A stretch of DNA of 64,000 nucleotides from Mobula hypostoma. Its lineage: Eukaryota. Both the position numbers and the translations under genes were made by a program. Shown one piece after another: positions 49,232-63,110 of the stretch. Under the pieces are notes generated by a model, which worked only from the letters and a program-made list of their open reading frames with translations, did no database searches and was not told where the DNA came from. The stretch is taken from positions 164,178,001 through 164,242,000 of the forward strand of contig NC_086097.1 of NCBI RefSeq assembly GCF_963921235.1, given 5' to 3'. Each line of letters opens with the position of its first letter. Within the stretch, counting starts at the first letter, position 1.

Positions 49232-49719
49232 GTAATTATCTCTTTCATTAATTGTAGCTGAACTTTGTCATTAATTGTAGCTGTCCATTCCTTTCTGCAG
49301 AACTTTCAAAACATATTCCAAAATATAAACATCTCTTGTCAAGAACTTGTGATTGGAGGTTTGCCACTTATTATTTTAAATTTTAGTTGAAACATTTGGT
49401 ATAGTTGTAAACAGAATTCATGTTCTGTCATGGCTTATTAGCCTTTCCTGTTCAAATTGATAAGTGTCAGTGTCATCTACAAAGAATGACAGTCACAATA
49501 ATATATCCCTAAACACTTTTCTCTAGCAATTATAGTCTTATTATGTTAAGCAATTGCTTTTTAATGAATGCTGACATTCACTTTTGCCAGTTCAGATCAC
49601 CTTATGCTGTTTATAATGTAAAATCAATTGTTTGGCAGGATTTGATCTCACCGATTAGGGAAGGAAAATTAGAGCTAGGTTTTCATAATTCTGTGAGTGA
49701 GCAGGGGAGTGAAAGATAA

Positions 49720-50370
49720 ACATGAGATTTTGCAGATGCTGGAAATCCAGAGCAACACAGACAAAGTGCTGGAGAAATTCAGCAGGTCAGGCAGCATCTG
49801 TGGAAATGAATGACCAGTCAATGTTTTGGGCTGCTCCATTTGCCAAAAGTGTAAATTCCTGCTGGCCAACTACTTCAATTCCTATTCACATTCCCGTTCT
49901 GACTTGTCAGTCCATGGGTTCCTCTTCTGCCACAATAAGGCTGCTCTCGGGGTGGAGGAGCAACACCTCATTCCAACCAGGTAGCCTCCATCCTGATGGC
50001 ATGAACATCAATTCCTCCTTCTGGTAATTTTTTTCTTCTCCCCTCCCCGTCCCTCTTCTTCTATTCCCCACTCTGGTCTCTTACCTTTTCTCCTTGCCTG
50101 CCTATCACCTCCCCCTAGTGTCCATCCTTCTTCCCTTTCTCCCATGGTTTACTTTCCTCTCCAATCAGATTCCTTCTTCTGCAGCCCTTTACCTTTCCCA
50201 CCCACCTGGCTTCACCTATCACCTTGTACTCCTTGCCCTCCTTTTTATTCTAGCGTCTTCCCCCTTCCTTGCCAGTCCTGGAGAAGGGTTTTAGCCTGAA
50301 ACACCAGCTGTTATTCATATTCCCAGATGCTGCACGACCTGCTGAGTTCCTCCAGCATTTTCTGTGTGTC
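49720..50370 (+). mobile_element. Penelope-like element 3' part with inverted terminal segment
   Basis: Inverted terminus 49720-49833, then a decayed GIY-YIG tail (LHPDGMNI), 3' UTR and decayed hammerhead 50274-50310. 14-bp TSD with 2 mismatches (49706-49719 and 50371-50384). Confidence 0.8.
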
Positions 50371-50699
50371 GGAATGAAAGGTAACACTGTGGGCATTAAA
50401 GAGAATCCCTCCCATGTCATGTACCAATGATTGTCTGATTGCTGGAGTGTGCCTTAAATGAAATAATGGATGGTCTTAAATGAACAGTATAAATTAAATA
50501 ATTATCACTTAAGTATTAACGTCCTGCAGGCAGATCTCAGGGTGTGTGAAGCTCTTTTCAACAAATTATGGCAAATCATTTTAAGGCCATTTTCTGAAGA
50601 GTGTTTTTGCTGACTTGCCCTCTGAATAATAAGATCAGAATAGGAGAAGATTTCCTGAGTCCAAGAGCAGAATTTGTTTTATTTTTAAAAACCACATGA

Positions 50700-52790
50700 T
50701 GAGCAACCCCTGTGGCTGTTCCTCTCAATAATCGCTTTGAATTCTGTTGAGGGGAAAACCACAGTGACTGGGTCTCTGGTACTGAATTTGAAGCTGTGGC
50801 TCGGAAGGGAAGTGCGGTGGGAGAAGAGGACTGCAGTAGTGATAGGAGTTTCCAGCTTTAGAGGAGTAGAAATGAGATTCTGTGGATGCGATAGAGATAC
50901 AGGATGGTATGTGGCCTCCCAGGTGCCTGGGGTGTCTTGGATCATGTTCACAGTATTCTAAAGGGGGAGGGTGAGCATCTGGAAGTCTTGCTACATATTG
51001 GTAAGAAAAGGGAGGAGGCCCTGAAGAGAGAATTTAGGGAGGGGGTAAAAAGCTAAAAAGCAGAACTTCCAGGGTAGTAATCTCTGGATTGCTGCCTGTG
51101 CCACACACCAATGAGGGTAAGAATAGAATTATCTAGCTGAGGAACTGGTGCAGGGGGCAGGGCTTCGAATTTCTGGATCATTGGGATCTGTTCTGGGGAA
51201 GGTACGGCCTGTACAAAAGGAACAGATTACACCTGAGCCTGAAGGACCAATATCCTTGTAGGCAGGTTTGCTGGAACTGTTGGGGTGGATTTAAACTAAT
51301 TTGTCAAGGGGATGGGAACCGGAGCAATAGGGCTGAGGAGAGGGCAGTTGGCATACACGTAGATGCAGTGTGCAGTGAGACTGTGAGGAAAGACAGGAAG
51401 ATGATGAGGCAATATTACAGTCAGTGGGATGTGTTGCAGTATACCAGAGGGACAAAATCAAAAAGGGTGGTGAATAAAGGACAAGGTGTTATATTTGAAT
51501 GCACAAATACATAATAAGGCAGGTGATCTTGTAGTGCAGTTAGAGATTGGCGGGTATGATGTGTGGGCATCTCTGAGTCATGGCCAAGAGAAGATCATAG
51601 TTAGAGCTTAACATCCAAGGATACATATTGTATTGAAAAGACAGGAAGGTAGGCAGAGGGTGTGGGGTGGCCCTGGTCATAAAAAAAAAGAAATCAAATC
51701 CTGAGGAAAGAGGTGACATAGAATCAGAAAATGCAGAATCATTGTGGGCAGAGTTAAGAAACACTGTTGTGGGTAAGAAGACTCTGATGGGAATTATGGA
51801 CAGATCTCTGAAAAGTAGCCATGATGTGGGCTACAAATTACAATGGGAGATAGAAAAGGCAATGTTACAATAGCCATGGAAGATTTCAAAATACAGGTAG
51901 ATTGGGAAAATCAGGTTGGTCCTGGATCCCAGGAGATCAAATTTGTAGAATGCCTACAAAATAGCTTTTTAGAGCTGCTTTGGTTGAGCCCACTGGGGGA
52001 TCAGCTATTCTGGATTGGGTGATATGTAATGAACTAGATTTGATTAGGGAATTTAAGGTAAATAAACCCTTAGGAGGCAGTGATCATAACATGACACAAT
52101 TCACCCTACAATTTGATAGAGAGAAAATAACATCAAATGTATCAGTATTACAGTGGAGTAAAGGGTATTCACAGTACAGTGGAGTACAGAGGCATGTGAG
52201 AGGAGCTGAAAAAGTTGATTGGAAAGGGACACTAGCAAGAATGATGGCAGTGCAGCAATGGCTGGAGTTTCTGGGGGCAGTTCAGAGGTGCAGGATCGAT
52301 GCATCCAAAAGATAAAGAAATACTCTAAAGGGAGGATGATGCAAGTGTGGCTGACGAGGAAAGTCAAAGACAGCAGAAAAACAAACGAGAGGGCATAAAA
52401 TAAAGCAAAAATTAGTGGGAAGTTGGAGGATTGGGAAACTTTAAAAACAACAAAAGGCAACTAAAAAAGCCATAAGGGTGGAGAAGATGAAGTATGAAGG
52501 TAAGCAAACCAATAATATTAAAGAGAATACTAGAAGTTTTTTTCTTCAGATGTATAAAGAGTAAAAGAGAGGTGAGAATGGATATCGGACTGCTGGAATG
52601 TGATATTGGAGAAGTAGTAATGGGGGACAAAGAAATGGCAGCTGAACTGAAAAAGTATTTTGTGTCAGTCTTCATTATGGAAGACACTGTAGTATGACAT
52701 AAGTTCAATTGTCTCAGAGGGCAGAACTAAGTGTGGTTGTTATTACTAAGGAGAAGGTGCTTGGGAATCTGAAAGGTCTGAAGGTAAATA
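50700..52790 (+). mobile_element. Degraded CR1-like LINE (ORF1 esterase-like and ORF2 APE region)
   Basis: Homologous to 2350-3000. ORF2 fragments EPTGGSAILDWVICN...LGGSDHN. Confidence 0.8.
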
Positions 52791-53964
52791 AGAAAAATTT
52801 CATTCGCATTTGTAGATAACAGTCTACCAATGAGGCAGTACTTATTCAATTAATGCAGTACCAAGAAAAGCTTCCAGAATCATACATTATATAACCATAG
52901 GGGAACACACTGAACTTGTATACACATACTGTTATGACTAGGAATCATGCTAGGCAGATTCTTGTATATAAGTATGAAATACAAGCAGATAAATAATTGT
53001 AAAACTTCAAAGAAAATAGCAATTAAACAGTCTATTCTAAGAATTGAACAGTCGTAATCAACAATCTGTCCTTTTATTCTAAGTCACACATTTAGAATCA
53101 TTACATCTGAAAATTCAAAGACAGAAAAAGCTTGTGGTATCTTTGTTAACTATAAAATAACCAAAAATGATTTAAGTTATGAAATATCAAAGAGTATTCA
53201 TCGGATTATATCATCATTATGCAAATTAGTAGGCACGCGTATGTGAGTTTGAACTATCAACCTTATACAAGGAAAAAAGATGTAAAGTAAGGTAAGGTGT
53301 ATTTGTATTAATATTAGTACTCACTGTATGTAGGGAAATTTGACAAAATATAATAACTAATATTAGAATAACGTCCAGTAGTTGTCGACTTGCTGGAAGT
53401 CTTCTGGCAGGTTAACAATTTGCTCACTATAGCCCAGCAGTGTGGGCACTGTGACCAAAAGGTTACTAACACATTAACCACTACACTCGTTGTCCTCATT
53501 AGATACCACTTTAGCTCACTTACACTGGCTGGCATGTATCCACTTACTTTTGCTTTCTACCTTCACTGCCAAGTTGGTAATTAACAGCACTTGACATGGA
53601 CTTTCCCATTGAGCTCCCAGTGGACCCTTATGCGGTTTCTTAATCAAACCACAAGCCAGAAATCAGGGTGTGTCCTTCTTCTGTTGGATCACTCAGAGCA
53701 ACAAAAACCTGTTGAGAAGCCGACAGGACAACTTGGGTTAATTTCACATAGTAGTTAACTAAACTGTCTGCCATAATCTGTCTATCAGCCTCTCTGAGAT
53801 CAAGGACTCCCAGCAGTGACAAAGGACACCCTGTTACCACCTCAAGTGGACATACCGTAGTTTAGTTTTCTTGTTTGGTGTTTTTCTGATGCTACATAAG
53901 ACAATAGGAAGGTCGATAGGCCACAGTACACCTTCCTCATAATACTTAGTCATTGTTTGATTAT

Positions 53965-54800
53965 TCCATTCATTCGTTTAATTATCAAAGAATATATAAA
54001 TTATACAGCCTTGAGATTTGTCTGCTTACAGGCTGCCACAAAGCAAGAAACCCCAATTGAAAGAAAATAAAAACCAACTCCTAATGTTCAGAGAAAGAGA
54101 AAAGAAACACAAATTACACAAGCAATAGAAGTGAGCAACAGCATGCTGAACCAAATTGAATCCTTAGATCCAAATTCCTGCAGCACCGCAGAGTAGCCTA
54201 ATGCCTCCATCTCACTTCATTGTATTAATGGAGCAAATTGCCACGAAGCTCTCAAACTTGCAGCACAGCAGCCAGGGAGGCTCACAGTAGAACATCATGG
54301 GAGAGCGAGCAATATTGGCCCAATTCTCACCTCCAGTCCTGATACCCTGCCTCTCCGGACTATCTGGACCAGCGTTTAAATTCTCCAGACAGTGGATCAT
54401 GCCTCACATTAGGACCCAGATCCTGCCACAGTGAAATGGTCCAGGCCTAGACTATGCTGCCCAATGATTCAATCCAGGCCTAGAACTGTTGCCCAGTCTG
54501 AAGCCGTTCTCAGCCTCTCCTATTTGGCCTGGTGCTTAGACCAATCCAACCTCACACCAGCGTTAGTTGGACGGACATCGAGACCTCTCTCACCAAATCA
54601 CTCACTTCAACTCCATCTGCATCAATTTTGCAACACATTAGCACAGCTCATCCATCAAATTTCCTTCAATTTGCTTGCCTGTTTATTGTTTGCGGTGATT
54701 GTTTACTACAATTTACATCATTAAAGGTGTTATTAATAATGTTTTAGTCAAATTTATTACCTTTCAGACTATCAGTAAGCTGCCATTCGCCTTCAGTAGT
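53965..54800 (-). mobile_element. Probable short non-autonomous retroelement (SINE-like)
   Basis: LINE-tail-like left end (tttaattatcaaagaatat...ccttgagatttgtc) and GC-richer interior. Family not identified. Confidence 0.35.
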
Positions 54801-56149
54801 TGGATCTTACTTGTTCAAATAAGGACACCACTCATTCTTCTAAACTCCAAAGAATACTGATCCAAATTGAGTAGTTCTTGACAGGACAACCCTCTCATTC
54901 CGGGAATTAACCTCATGAATCTCCTTTGGGCAGTCTCCAATGCTACCTTATTTTTAATTAGGTAAGCGGGCTAAATCTGTGGGTGGTATTGCAGGTGTGA
55001 CTTCACTATGGTAACAAAAGCTCCCTATTCTTAAAACCAAACTATTTTGCCAAAGGCAGTTTTTCTTAACTACTTGTTGGACCTTCCTGGGTTCTTTTGT
55101 GATTCTGCCCATATCCCCAAATATTTCAACATTTCACTTCAACCCTGTTCAAGCCTGGTCCAGAAAACCTTTTGCTCCCCAGAGTGAAGCTCCTTCCTGC
55201 ATGGCCTCTGGTCAGAATTACAATTAGGAGCATCTGGGTGGAAAGTACAAGTCTTGCCCCACCTTGCTAGAAATAAAACATCAATTAGAAGCCAGTCTAA
55301 CGGGACCTGAAGAGATAATAAAAATTGCATCAAGTACTGAATTCTCTGCTCTGAAAAGATCCTAGTCATAGGATCAAACAGCTCATTCTTGCAATGGCAG
55401 TTATGTGACTTTCCTTATTCTCAGTAGCCTGCCAGACAAGGTGGAGTACTAACATAACACAACTGTTGCATTGTGCTAATTGTTGTTCTCTTGGGAGATT
55501 TGTGCATGTATGTGCACTAATGTTATAGCAACAAACAAGCAGACTGCTATGCATTAGATTCAAATGGTTTGCAGTTCATTGTGAAAGATGTGTGCATTTT
55601 TCTAGTACAAAAAAACCCAAAAAAGCAAAAAACTATCCAAATTGTCACATGATAAAAGCTGTTTGAACTGTTGACCTGAAGGGTTTTATGATTACATCCA
55701 TACAGCAAACGTTTTATCTTCTGCTAAATCCCCAAAAAAAAGTTCTTAGCTAACATCAACTCTGTATCTTTTTTTTCCTCAAGCTTGTGCAGTCTGAATA
55801 GGTTGGGAATTATAATACCCTTCTTTGACAATTTGTTCTTTAGAACTCACGTATCTCTGTCCTCAATTTATTAACTTTGTCAAAATATAAAGCAAGCTAA
55901 AGAAGACTCCTAAAAGAATCAACAGTCATGCAGCACAAAAGGGAGGCATTTAGTGATTTTTATCCGTGCAGCACCTAATACTTATTCCAGTCATCCCATT
56001 TTCTCTTCTAATCCCATTGTTTTGCAAGACAAGCCAGATATTGGATATAACAACAGAGTTGGGAACCTGTAAGACTAGTGAATTTGGATTTTCCAGCAAC
56101 AATTGACAAGGTGCCATATAGAGTCTGGTGCAAAGATAAGCGTTTATGG

Positions 56150-57312
56150 TATTGGGAATGTGTATTTGTATGGATTCAAGACCAGTTGTCACAAAGAAGG
56201 CAGCGAGTTGGAGTAAGTACTTTTTCTGAAGCTGGAAGGATTTAATGAGTAGAATGCTTCTGTGATACATTCTCAGTTAGTTACTATTTGTGCTAATGGC
56301 CTGGAGGAGGAGGAGGAAAAATGTAAGATAATCAAGTTTGACAGTGGTACAAAAATAGGTGTAAGGGCATATTACAGTGAGGTTATCGTGACTGTGGTAA
56401 GATATAGATAGGTTGAGTGAGTGGGTGAAGACTTGGCAGATGGAATTTAATGTGGGAAAGTGTGAAGTCATGCACTTCGTTAAAGAGGAATCAAAAGGCA
56501 GACTGTTATCTTAACTCAAAGATTTACTTGAGTGAAGTGCAGAAGTTTTCAAGTGTTCTTGTGCATGAATCACAAAAACTGGTCCTAGTCATATAGCACA
56601 AAAACAGGTCATTCAGCCCAGTTAGACCATACCAACCAAGATACCCACCCACACTAATCCTATTTGCTGGCTTTTGGACCAAAACATTCTAAACCTTTCC
56701 TATCCTGCACCTATCCAATTGTCTTTGGTGCAACAGGTAGCTTTGAAAGCATTCAGCACAATGGCCTTCAATGGACGCAGTTGGAGTTTAAGAATAGGTA
56801 AGCAACTACATGATGTATTGCTGAGCCTAGCCTTGGAATATTGTTCCCTTACTTAAAAATTGATATAGTAGTGTTGGAGGTTGTCCAAAAAATATTCACC
56901 AACCTAATTCCTAAGATGATTGAATTATCCTGTCACAAGAGTCCAAAAAAGTTGAATCTTTGCGCTCTGGCATCTAAAGGAATAAGGGATGATATTATTG
57001 AATCATCTAAGATTAGATGGGGGCAAAACAGGGTAGATGTTGAGGTGCTTCAGGAAGGGGACATAATTACAAAATAAGAAAGCTTTTTTTAAAGCTGTGA
57101 AGTGCAAAAATTTCTTGATAGTGGCAAATCTCTGAAAGTCTCTACCCTAAGGTAGTTAGGACTAGATCATTAGAGGTATTTAAAATGGAGATAGATAATA
57201 TTTAAAAGATCACGGAACAGAGAGTGATGGGGAACAGGTGCCAAGGAGAAGTTAAAGCAGATATTGATGGGTCTGGTGGTCTACTCTTGCTCCTGTTTTC
57301 TTGTATTCTCAT
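56150..57312 (+). mobile_element. Old CR1-like 3' portion with a nested antisense CR1 tail (about 56585-56720)
   Basis: tggcagatggaatttaatgtgggaaagtgtgaagtcatgcac and LEVVQKIFTNLIP. Confidence 0.7.
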
Positions 57313-57471
57313 CTTCATCAGTTCCATATGATTGGTTGAAATTAAAACATACAAGTAGGATCCTGTAATCCTTCTTCTCCTGTAGGAATTAGTTTATGCA
57401 GGAAAAACATTTGCCTTAAAAGTGTGTACTTTGGCTAGTTTAATGTGTGTGAGAATTCAAGTTTAACATCA

Positions 57472-57621
57472 AAAACACAAGAGATTCTGAAGATGCTGGA
57501 AACCCTAAGCAACATGCTCAAGTTCTGATGAAGGGTCATGGCCCAAACGTTGACTGTTTATTTCCTTTCATAGATACTGTTTGACTTGTTGAATTCATCC
57601 AACATATTGTGTGTGTTGCTC
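57472..57621. mobile_element. Old fold-back Penelope-like terminal fragment with decayed hammerhead (57521-57555, +)
   Basis: Inverted terminus gattctgaagatgctggaaaccctaagcaac, then agtt-ctgatga-agggtcatggccc-aaac-gtt-gact and the sense terminus. Confidence 0.75.
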
Positions 57622-58814
57622 AACTTTAAAGTCAAGCCAGGTTGTAAAGATAACAGGGCAGAAGTTCAGAACAGGATTTATTTCTGCCAAACTCTGAAAC
57701 CTTAAAGCAAATTCTAATGTGGTGTCATCTTCTTGTTACTGAACTGTATCATTGCACAAAAATATATTATATTAATTGGTGTATTCCTGTTACATGTACC
57801 AAGATACAGCCAAAAGGTTTTGCTTGCTTGCCATCCTGACAGATCATTCCATACATCAGCATATTGAGGTAGTACAAACAACTGAATGCAAGATATTGTG
57901 TTACAGTTCCAGATAAAGTACACTGCAAGTAGGCAAACAATGCAAAGTACACCTTTAAAAAAATAGTGCACGAGTCAAGATGATGTGGACTAAGTGATTG
58001 GGAGTTCATCTTTTTCATTATTTCTGTATTGGCAAAAGGTATGGGTACACTGTATATATTTAATCCTGCTGTTATAAGACTATTGAATGGTCCCCTAGTG
58101 TGATAAGATGGATTTTTAACTTCACAATCTACGCCATTGTGGCTTTGCTTCTTAGTGTCTACCTGCACTGCACTTGATCGATAGTGTAACACTTTCTACT
58201 GCACTCTGTTACTGTTTTACCTTGTACTAACTCAATGCACTGTATGGATGGTATGCAAGGCAAGTTTTTCACTGTACCTTAATAAACCAATTTATCAGTT
58301 TTAAAAGAGCAGGTTTTACAGTCTATGTTTGACAATATCCCGAAATGGAGTAGCAGGAACATAGATCAGTGCCCTTGATCCTACGGAGAACTAAATTATG
58401 AACAAAGGCCTTGTATCAAGTTCAGGCTAAAGACTTAATTGTGGCTGCTTGGTGCTACTACTACTGAGCATAGCGTTCAAAGTACAGCAATGGTGCTGAG
58501 GAGTCACCCGTTGATCCTGTTAGAGTGCACATTCATGTTACGAATAACATAGGGTATGGCACCCCTACTGTAGAAAGGGAACAACTGAATGCTGATTGGA
58601 AATATCGAATACGAAAAGACTTTGTCTTAGCAGGAAAATTACTATTGTCAAATGATGGAAGAGCAAATTTGAATGGCAACTCATGACAAGATTGTTCATG
58701 GATTTCTGACTGAAGTCCTCACTCCCTTTCTTCCAACAATTCCCCTTCACACAACCTGCACTCAGTACTCCTTTCATAAGACTATTGGTTAATTGCAAGG
58801 ATCCAATTCATTTG

Positions 58815-60065
58815 TAAGACCATATGATATTGAAGCAGAATTAGGTCATTCAGCCAATGAGTCTGCTCCGCCATTCCATCATGGTTGATCCTAGATCCCA
58901 CTCAACCCCATACACCTGCCTTCTCGTCATATCCTATGATGCCCTGATGATCAGGAAATGATTAACTTCTGCCTTATATATAAGCACGGACTTGGCCCCC
59001 ATTGCAATCTGTGACTTCCACAGAGCATTCCACAGACTTACTACTCTCTGACTAAAAAAATTCCTCCTTAGATCTGTTGAGAGTCATCCCTCAGTTTTGA
59101 GGCTGTGCCCTCTAGTTCTTCATACACCCACCAGAGGAAACACCCTCTCCATATCCACCTTATCTAGTCTTTTCAACATTCGGTAGGTTTCATTGAGATC
59201 CCCCTGCATTCTTCTAAATTCCAGTGAGTACAGGCTCAAAGCTGCCAACCGCTCCTTATATGTCAACCTTTACACTCCTCGAATCACCCTCGTGAACCTC
59301 CTCTGGACTCTCTCTAATGACAACTCATCCTTTCTGAGATATGGGCCCCAAAACTCTTGATAATACTCCAAGTGCAGCCTGATTAGTGTCTTATAAAGTC
59401 TCAGCATTGTCTCCCTGCTTTTGTATTCTTATTTCCCTGAAATAAATGCCAATGTTGCATTTGCCTTCTTTACCACAGACTCAACCAATAAATTGAACTT
59501 CTGGAAGTCTTGCATGAGGACTCCTAAGTCCCTCTGCATCTCTGATCTTTTAACCTTCTCCCCATTTAGATAACAGTCCACACTATTGGTCCTTTTACCA
59601 AAAGGCATTATCATATATTTCCCAACATTCTATTCCATCAACCATTTTTTGCCCATTCTTCGCATTTGTCCTGATGCTATTGCATTGCTTCCTCAGCACT
59701 ACCTACTCCTCCACCTATCTTCATACCATCCGCAAACTTTGTCACAAATCCATCAATTCCGTTATCAAATCATTGACAAGCAATGTGAAAAGCAGTGGTC
59801 CCAATACTGACCTGACCACTTAAGGAACACCACAGGTCACCAACAGCCAACCAGAAAAGGCCCCTTTTATTCCCAATCACTATTTCATGCCTGTCAGCCA
59901 TTCCACTATCCATGCCAGTATCTTTCCTGCAACACCATAGGATTTTATCTTGTTAGGCAGCCTTACGTGTGGCACCTTTTCAAATGCCTTCTGAAAATCC
60001 ATGTAAGTGACATCCACTGCCTCTTTTTTGTCCACCCTGCTTGTTACTTCCTCGAAGAACTCTAT
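58815..60065 (-). mobile_element. CR1-like LINE, 5'-truncated
   Basis: EFFEEVTSRVD...YMDFQKAF, QRDLGVLM...VVKKANATLAFI. Confidence 0.85.
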
Positions 60066-61899
60066 TATGTGGGTGCAATAATAAAATGCAGGCATTATAT
60101 TTTGCAGTGTGTTCCAATAAAATCTGCTGTCATACTGTAATCTTTATTTATTTTTATTATGCTTGAATAGCTAACAAAATGCAGTTAATTTGAAATGATT
60201 GATCAAACATGTCAAGAGCACAATCCTATAGGTTGAAGTAAAGTCCGAATCATTATCTAGCATGGTCTGCACAATATTTTATTTCTTCCTAAAACAAAAT
60301 AATAAAACCAACTGGGAAATTGCTGAGAATATCTCATTAATTGTCTCATCTTGCTTTGCAAGCCGCATTTGAATTTACATTCTGCCGAGTACTTGAGATA
60401 ATAATATGGTCTGAGGAGGTGCTCTAATGTTAAAGGTTTTCAGAGCTAGTGGAAGGAAGGACATTGTAAGAAAAAGATCAGGAAATCCTCTCAGCATTCT
60501 GGTCAATGTTCAGCTCTCAGCTAATTGGTTATCCATTCTATTTGCTGTTTGTGGGACCCTTCTGTATACAAGGAGTAATTCATCAAATGCAAAGTAATTG
60601 GAAGCACATGTTGACAGTGAGATGTGTTTAATGGACTGTTGGTTGTATTTTAATTGCCAATTCATTATTCTATTCTTGAACATCCCTCATGCTGACTAAG
60701 ATGTTTATCTATCCCATTTGCCTGCATTTGTTGCACAGCACAGAAACAGACCCCTCAATCCATATACTTGCCCACATGTTTGCTCATCTCATAGTCAAAA
60801 AGTAATACAGTATTGAACCAGGACCTTTGTTCCAAATAGTCTATGCTGGTCAAGTTACCCATCCATGCTCATCCCATTTGCCTGCTTTAAAATTTCATCA
60901 TCAAACTAAAATATCCAACTACATTACTTTTCTCTTTGATGAATACAGATGTAAATTAATTATTGAAAATCTACTCACACCTCTGTCTTCCTGCACAGAA
61001 GTCCCTAGTAGGTCTCACTTTTTCCCTGGTTATGCAATATCCCTTGGATTTTTCTTAATCTTACAAGGCAGTGATATTTTATGGCCCCTTTTTGTCCTCC
61101 AAATTTATTTTCAAGTATCATCCTGCATTCTCTGTACTCCCAAAAGGTCTCCTGTCATCTTCAGTATTCTTTAGCTATCTTATTCCTCCTGTTTTTACTT
61201 TATCAAATGTTTGATATCCCTTAACATCGGGATTCCCTGGAACACTCATTTAAGGAAGAATTTGGCCCTGACCTCTTAATATTTTACTCTTAAAAAATTC
61301 ACACTGGTTTATATTTTTATCAAGTAAATGTTTTAGAGAAAATCTCACAAGTCTGTCATTGATGTTTGGACAACTTCTTATAATGAATAGTTAAATCAAA
61401 TAAGAAGTGCTGAAAATTATATTGATAAATATGAAAGCAATAAAGATTAAAGGAATTTCACTAGTAGGTCACAAAGTACCTTGGCTTGGTTGCAGGGAGA
61501 TATTAACCAGAAGAAACCAGATTTACTTCTGCAAATCTTGGCTTTATGTGTATGGTTTATGGTAGAATTTAAAAATACAAAACAATTCAGATATGATTGA
61601 GGTATTGTTCCTCAATTCCATGCACAAAATACTCATCATAGCAGTTCATGGGCATTATTCTTCCAAAACTGGATTGCTCTGCAATTCCTGATTCAGTTGT
61701 TGGTTGTGGATGAGGAAGAAGGGTATGTATGCAGGAGGATTAGTATGAGCTCCCTCCTTTCAAAGATGCTTTCGGTCTCACCACCAGCACCCCACCCCCC
61801 ATCCCTGCCACCTCAGATATAGACATGAGCTGTGAACCTGGAGCATGTAAAGGCATGTCATGAGGTTTGGCTGTTTATGTTGTTTTATTTATGTGCTGT

Positions 61900-62042
61900 C
61901 ACTCAAAGTTGCTACCCAAATCGATTGTTTAGTTAAGAAGGCATGTGGTGTGTTGGCCTTCATTAGTCAGGAGATTGAGTTCAAGAGCCACAAGGTAATG
62001 TTGCAGCTCTATAAAACTCCGGTTAGACCACACTTGGAATAT
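61900..62042 (+). mobile_element. CR1-like fragment
   Basis: SLKVATQID...MLQLYKTPVRPHLEY. Confidence 0.8.
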
Positions 62043-62058
62043 TACATTTTAAAGAAAA

Positions 62059-62934
62059 GGGTCCAGGACAAAGGAGATGTCTTCCTTTTTTAAAGAAAGG
62101 GGCTTCCCTTCCTCCACCATTAACTCTGCTCTCAAAGGCATCTCTCCCATTTCACGCAAGTCTGCCCTCACCCCATCCTCCTGCCACCCCACTAGGGATA
62201 GGGACCCCTTGTACTTACCTACCACCCCACCAGCCTCTGGGTCCAACATATAATTCTCCGTAACTTCCGCCACCTCCAAGGGGATCCCAAACTCCAAGCT
62301 CATCTTTCCCTCCCCCCCACTTTCTGCTTTCCGTGGGGATCGCTCCCTACATGACTCCCTTGTCCATTCATACCCCCCCATCCCTTCCCACCAATCCACT
62401 GATCTCCCTCCTGGTACTTATCCTTGTAAGCGCAACAAGTGCTACACATGCCCTTGCACTTCCTCCCTCACCACCATTCAGGGCCCCAGATTGTCCTTCC
62501 AGGTGAGGTGACACTTCACCTGTGAGTCGGCCAGTGTGATATACTGCGTCCGGTGCTCCCGGTGCGGCCTTCTATATATTGGTGAGACCCGACACAGACT
62601 GGGAGACCATTTCGTTGAACACCTATGCTTTGTCTGCCAGAGAAAGCAAGATCTCCCAGTGACCACACATTTTAATTCCACGTCCCATTCCCATTCTGAT
62701 ATGTCCACCGATGGCCTCCTCTACTGTCAAGATGAAGCCACACTTGGGTTGGAGGAACAACACCTTATATTCCGTCTGTGTAGCCTCCTACCTGGTGGCA
62801 TGACCATTGTCTTCTCTAACTTCCATTAATGCCCCACCTCCCCTTTGTACCCCATCCCTTATTTATTTATTACCCCCCCCCCCGTATCTCTCTCTTTTCT
62901 CTCTCTCTGTCCCTCTCACAATCACTCCTTGCCT
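62059..62934 (+). mobile_element. Penelope-like GIY-YIG fragment, truncated before the hammerhead
   Basis: IYCVRCSRCGLLYIGETRHRLGDHF, homologous to the reverse complement of about 34330-35245. Confidence 0.88.
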
Positions 62935-63110
62935 GCTGGCAGGGATGGTGGTAGAGGTGGAAATATTAAGGGCATATAAGAGACTCTTAGATAGGCACAT
63001 GAGTGAAAATAAAATGGATGGCTATGTGAGAAGGAAGGGTCAGGTTGATCTTGGAGTAGAGTAGGGCACAACATTGTGGGCTGGAGGGCCTGTGTTATGC
63101 TGTACTGTTC
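62935..63110 (+). mobile_element. CR1-like 3' end
   Basis: agactcttagataggcacat...gggcctgtgttatgctgtactgttc, resuming after the hAT element at 63763. Confidence 0.75.
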
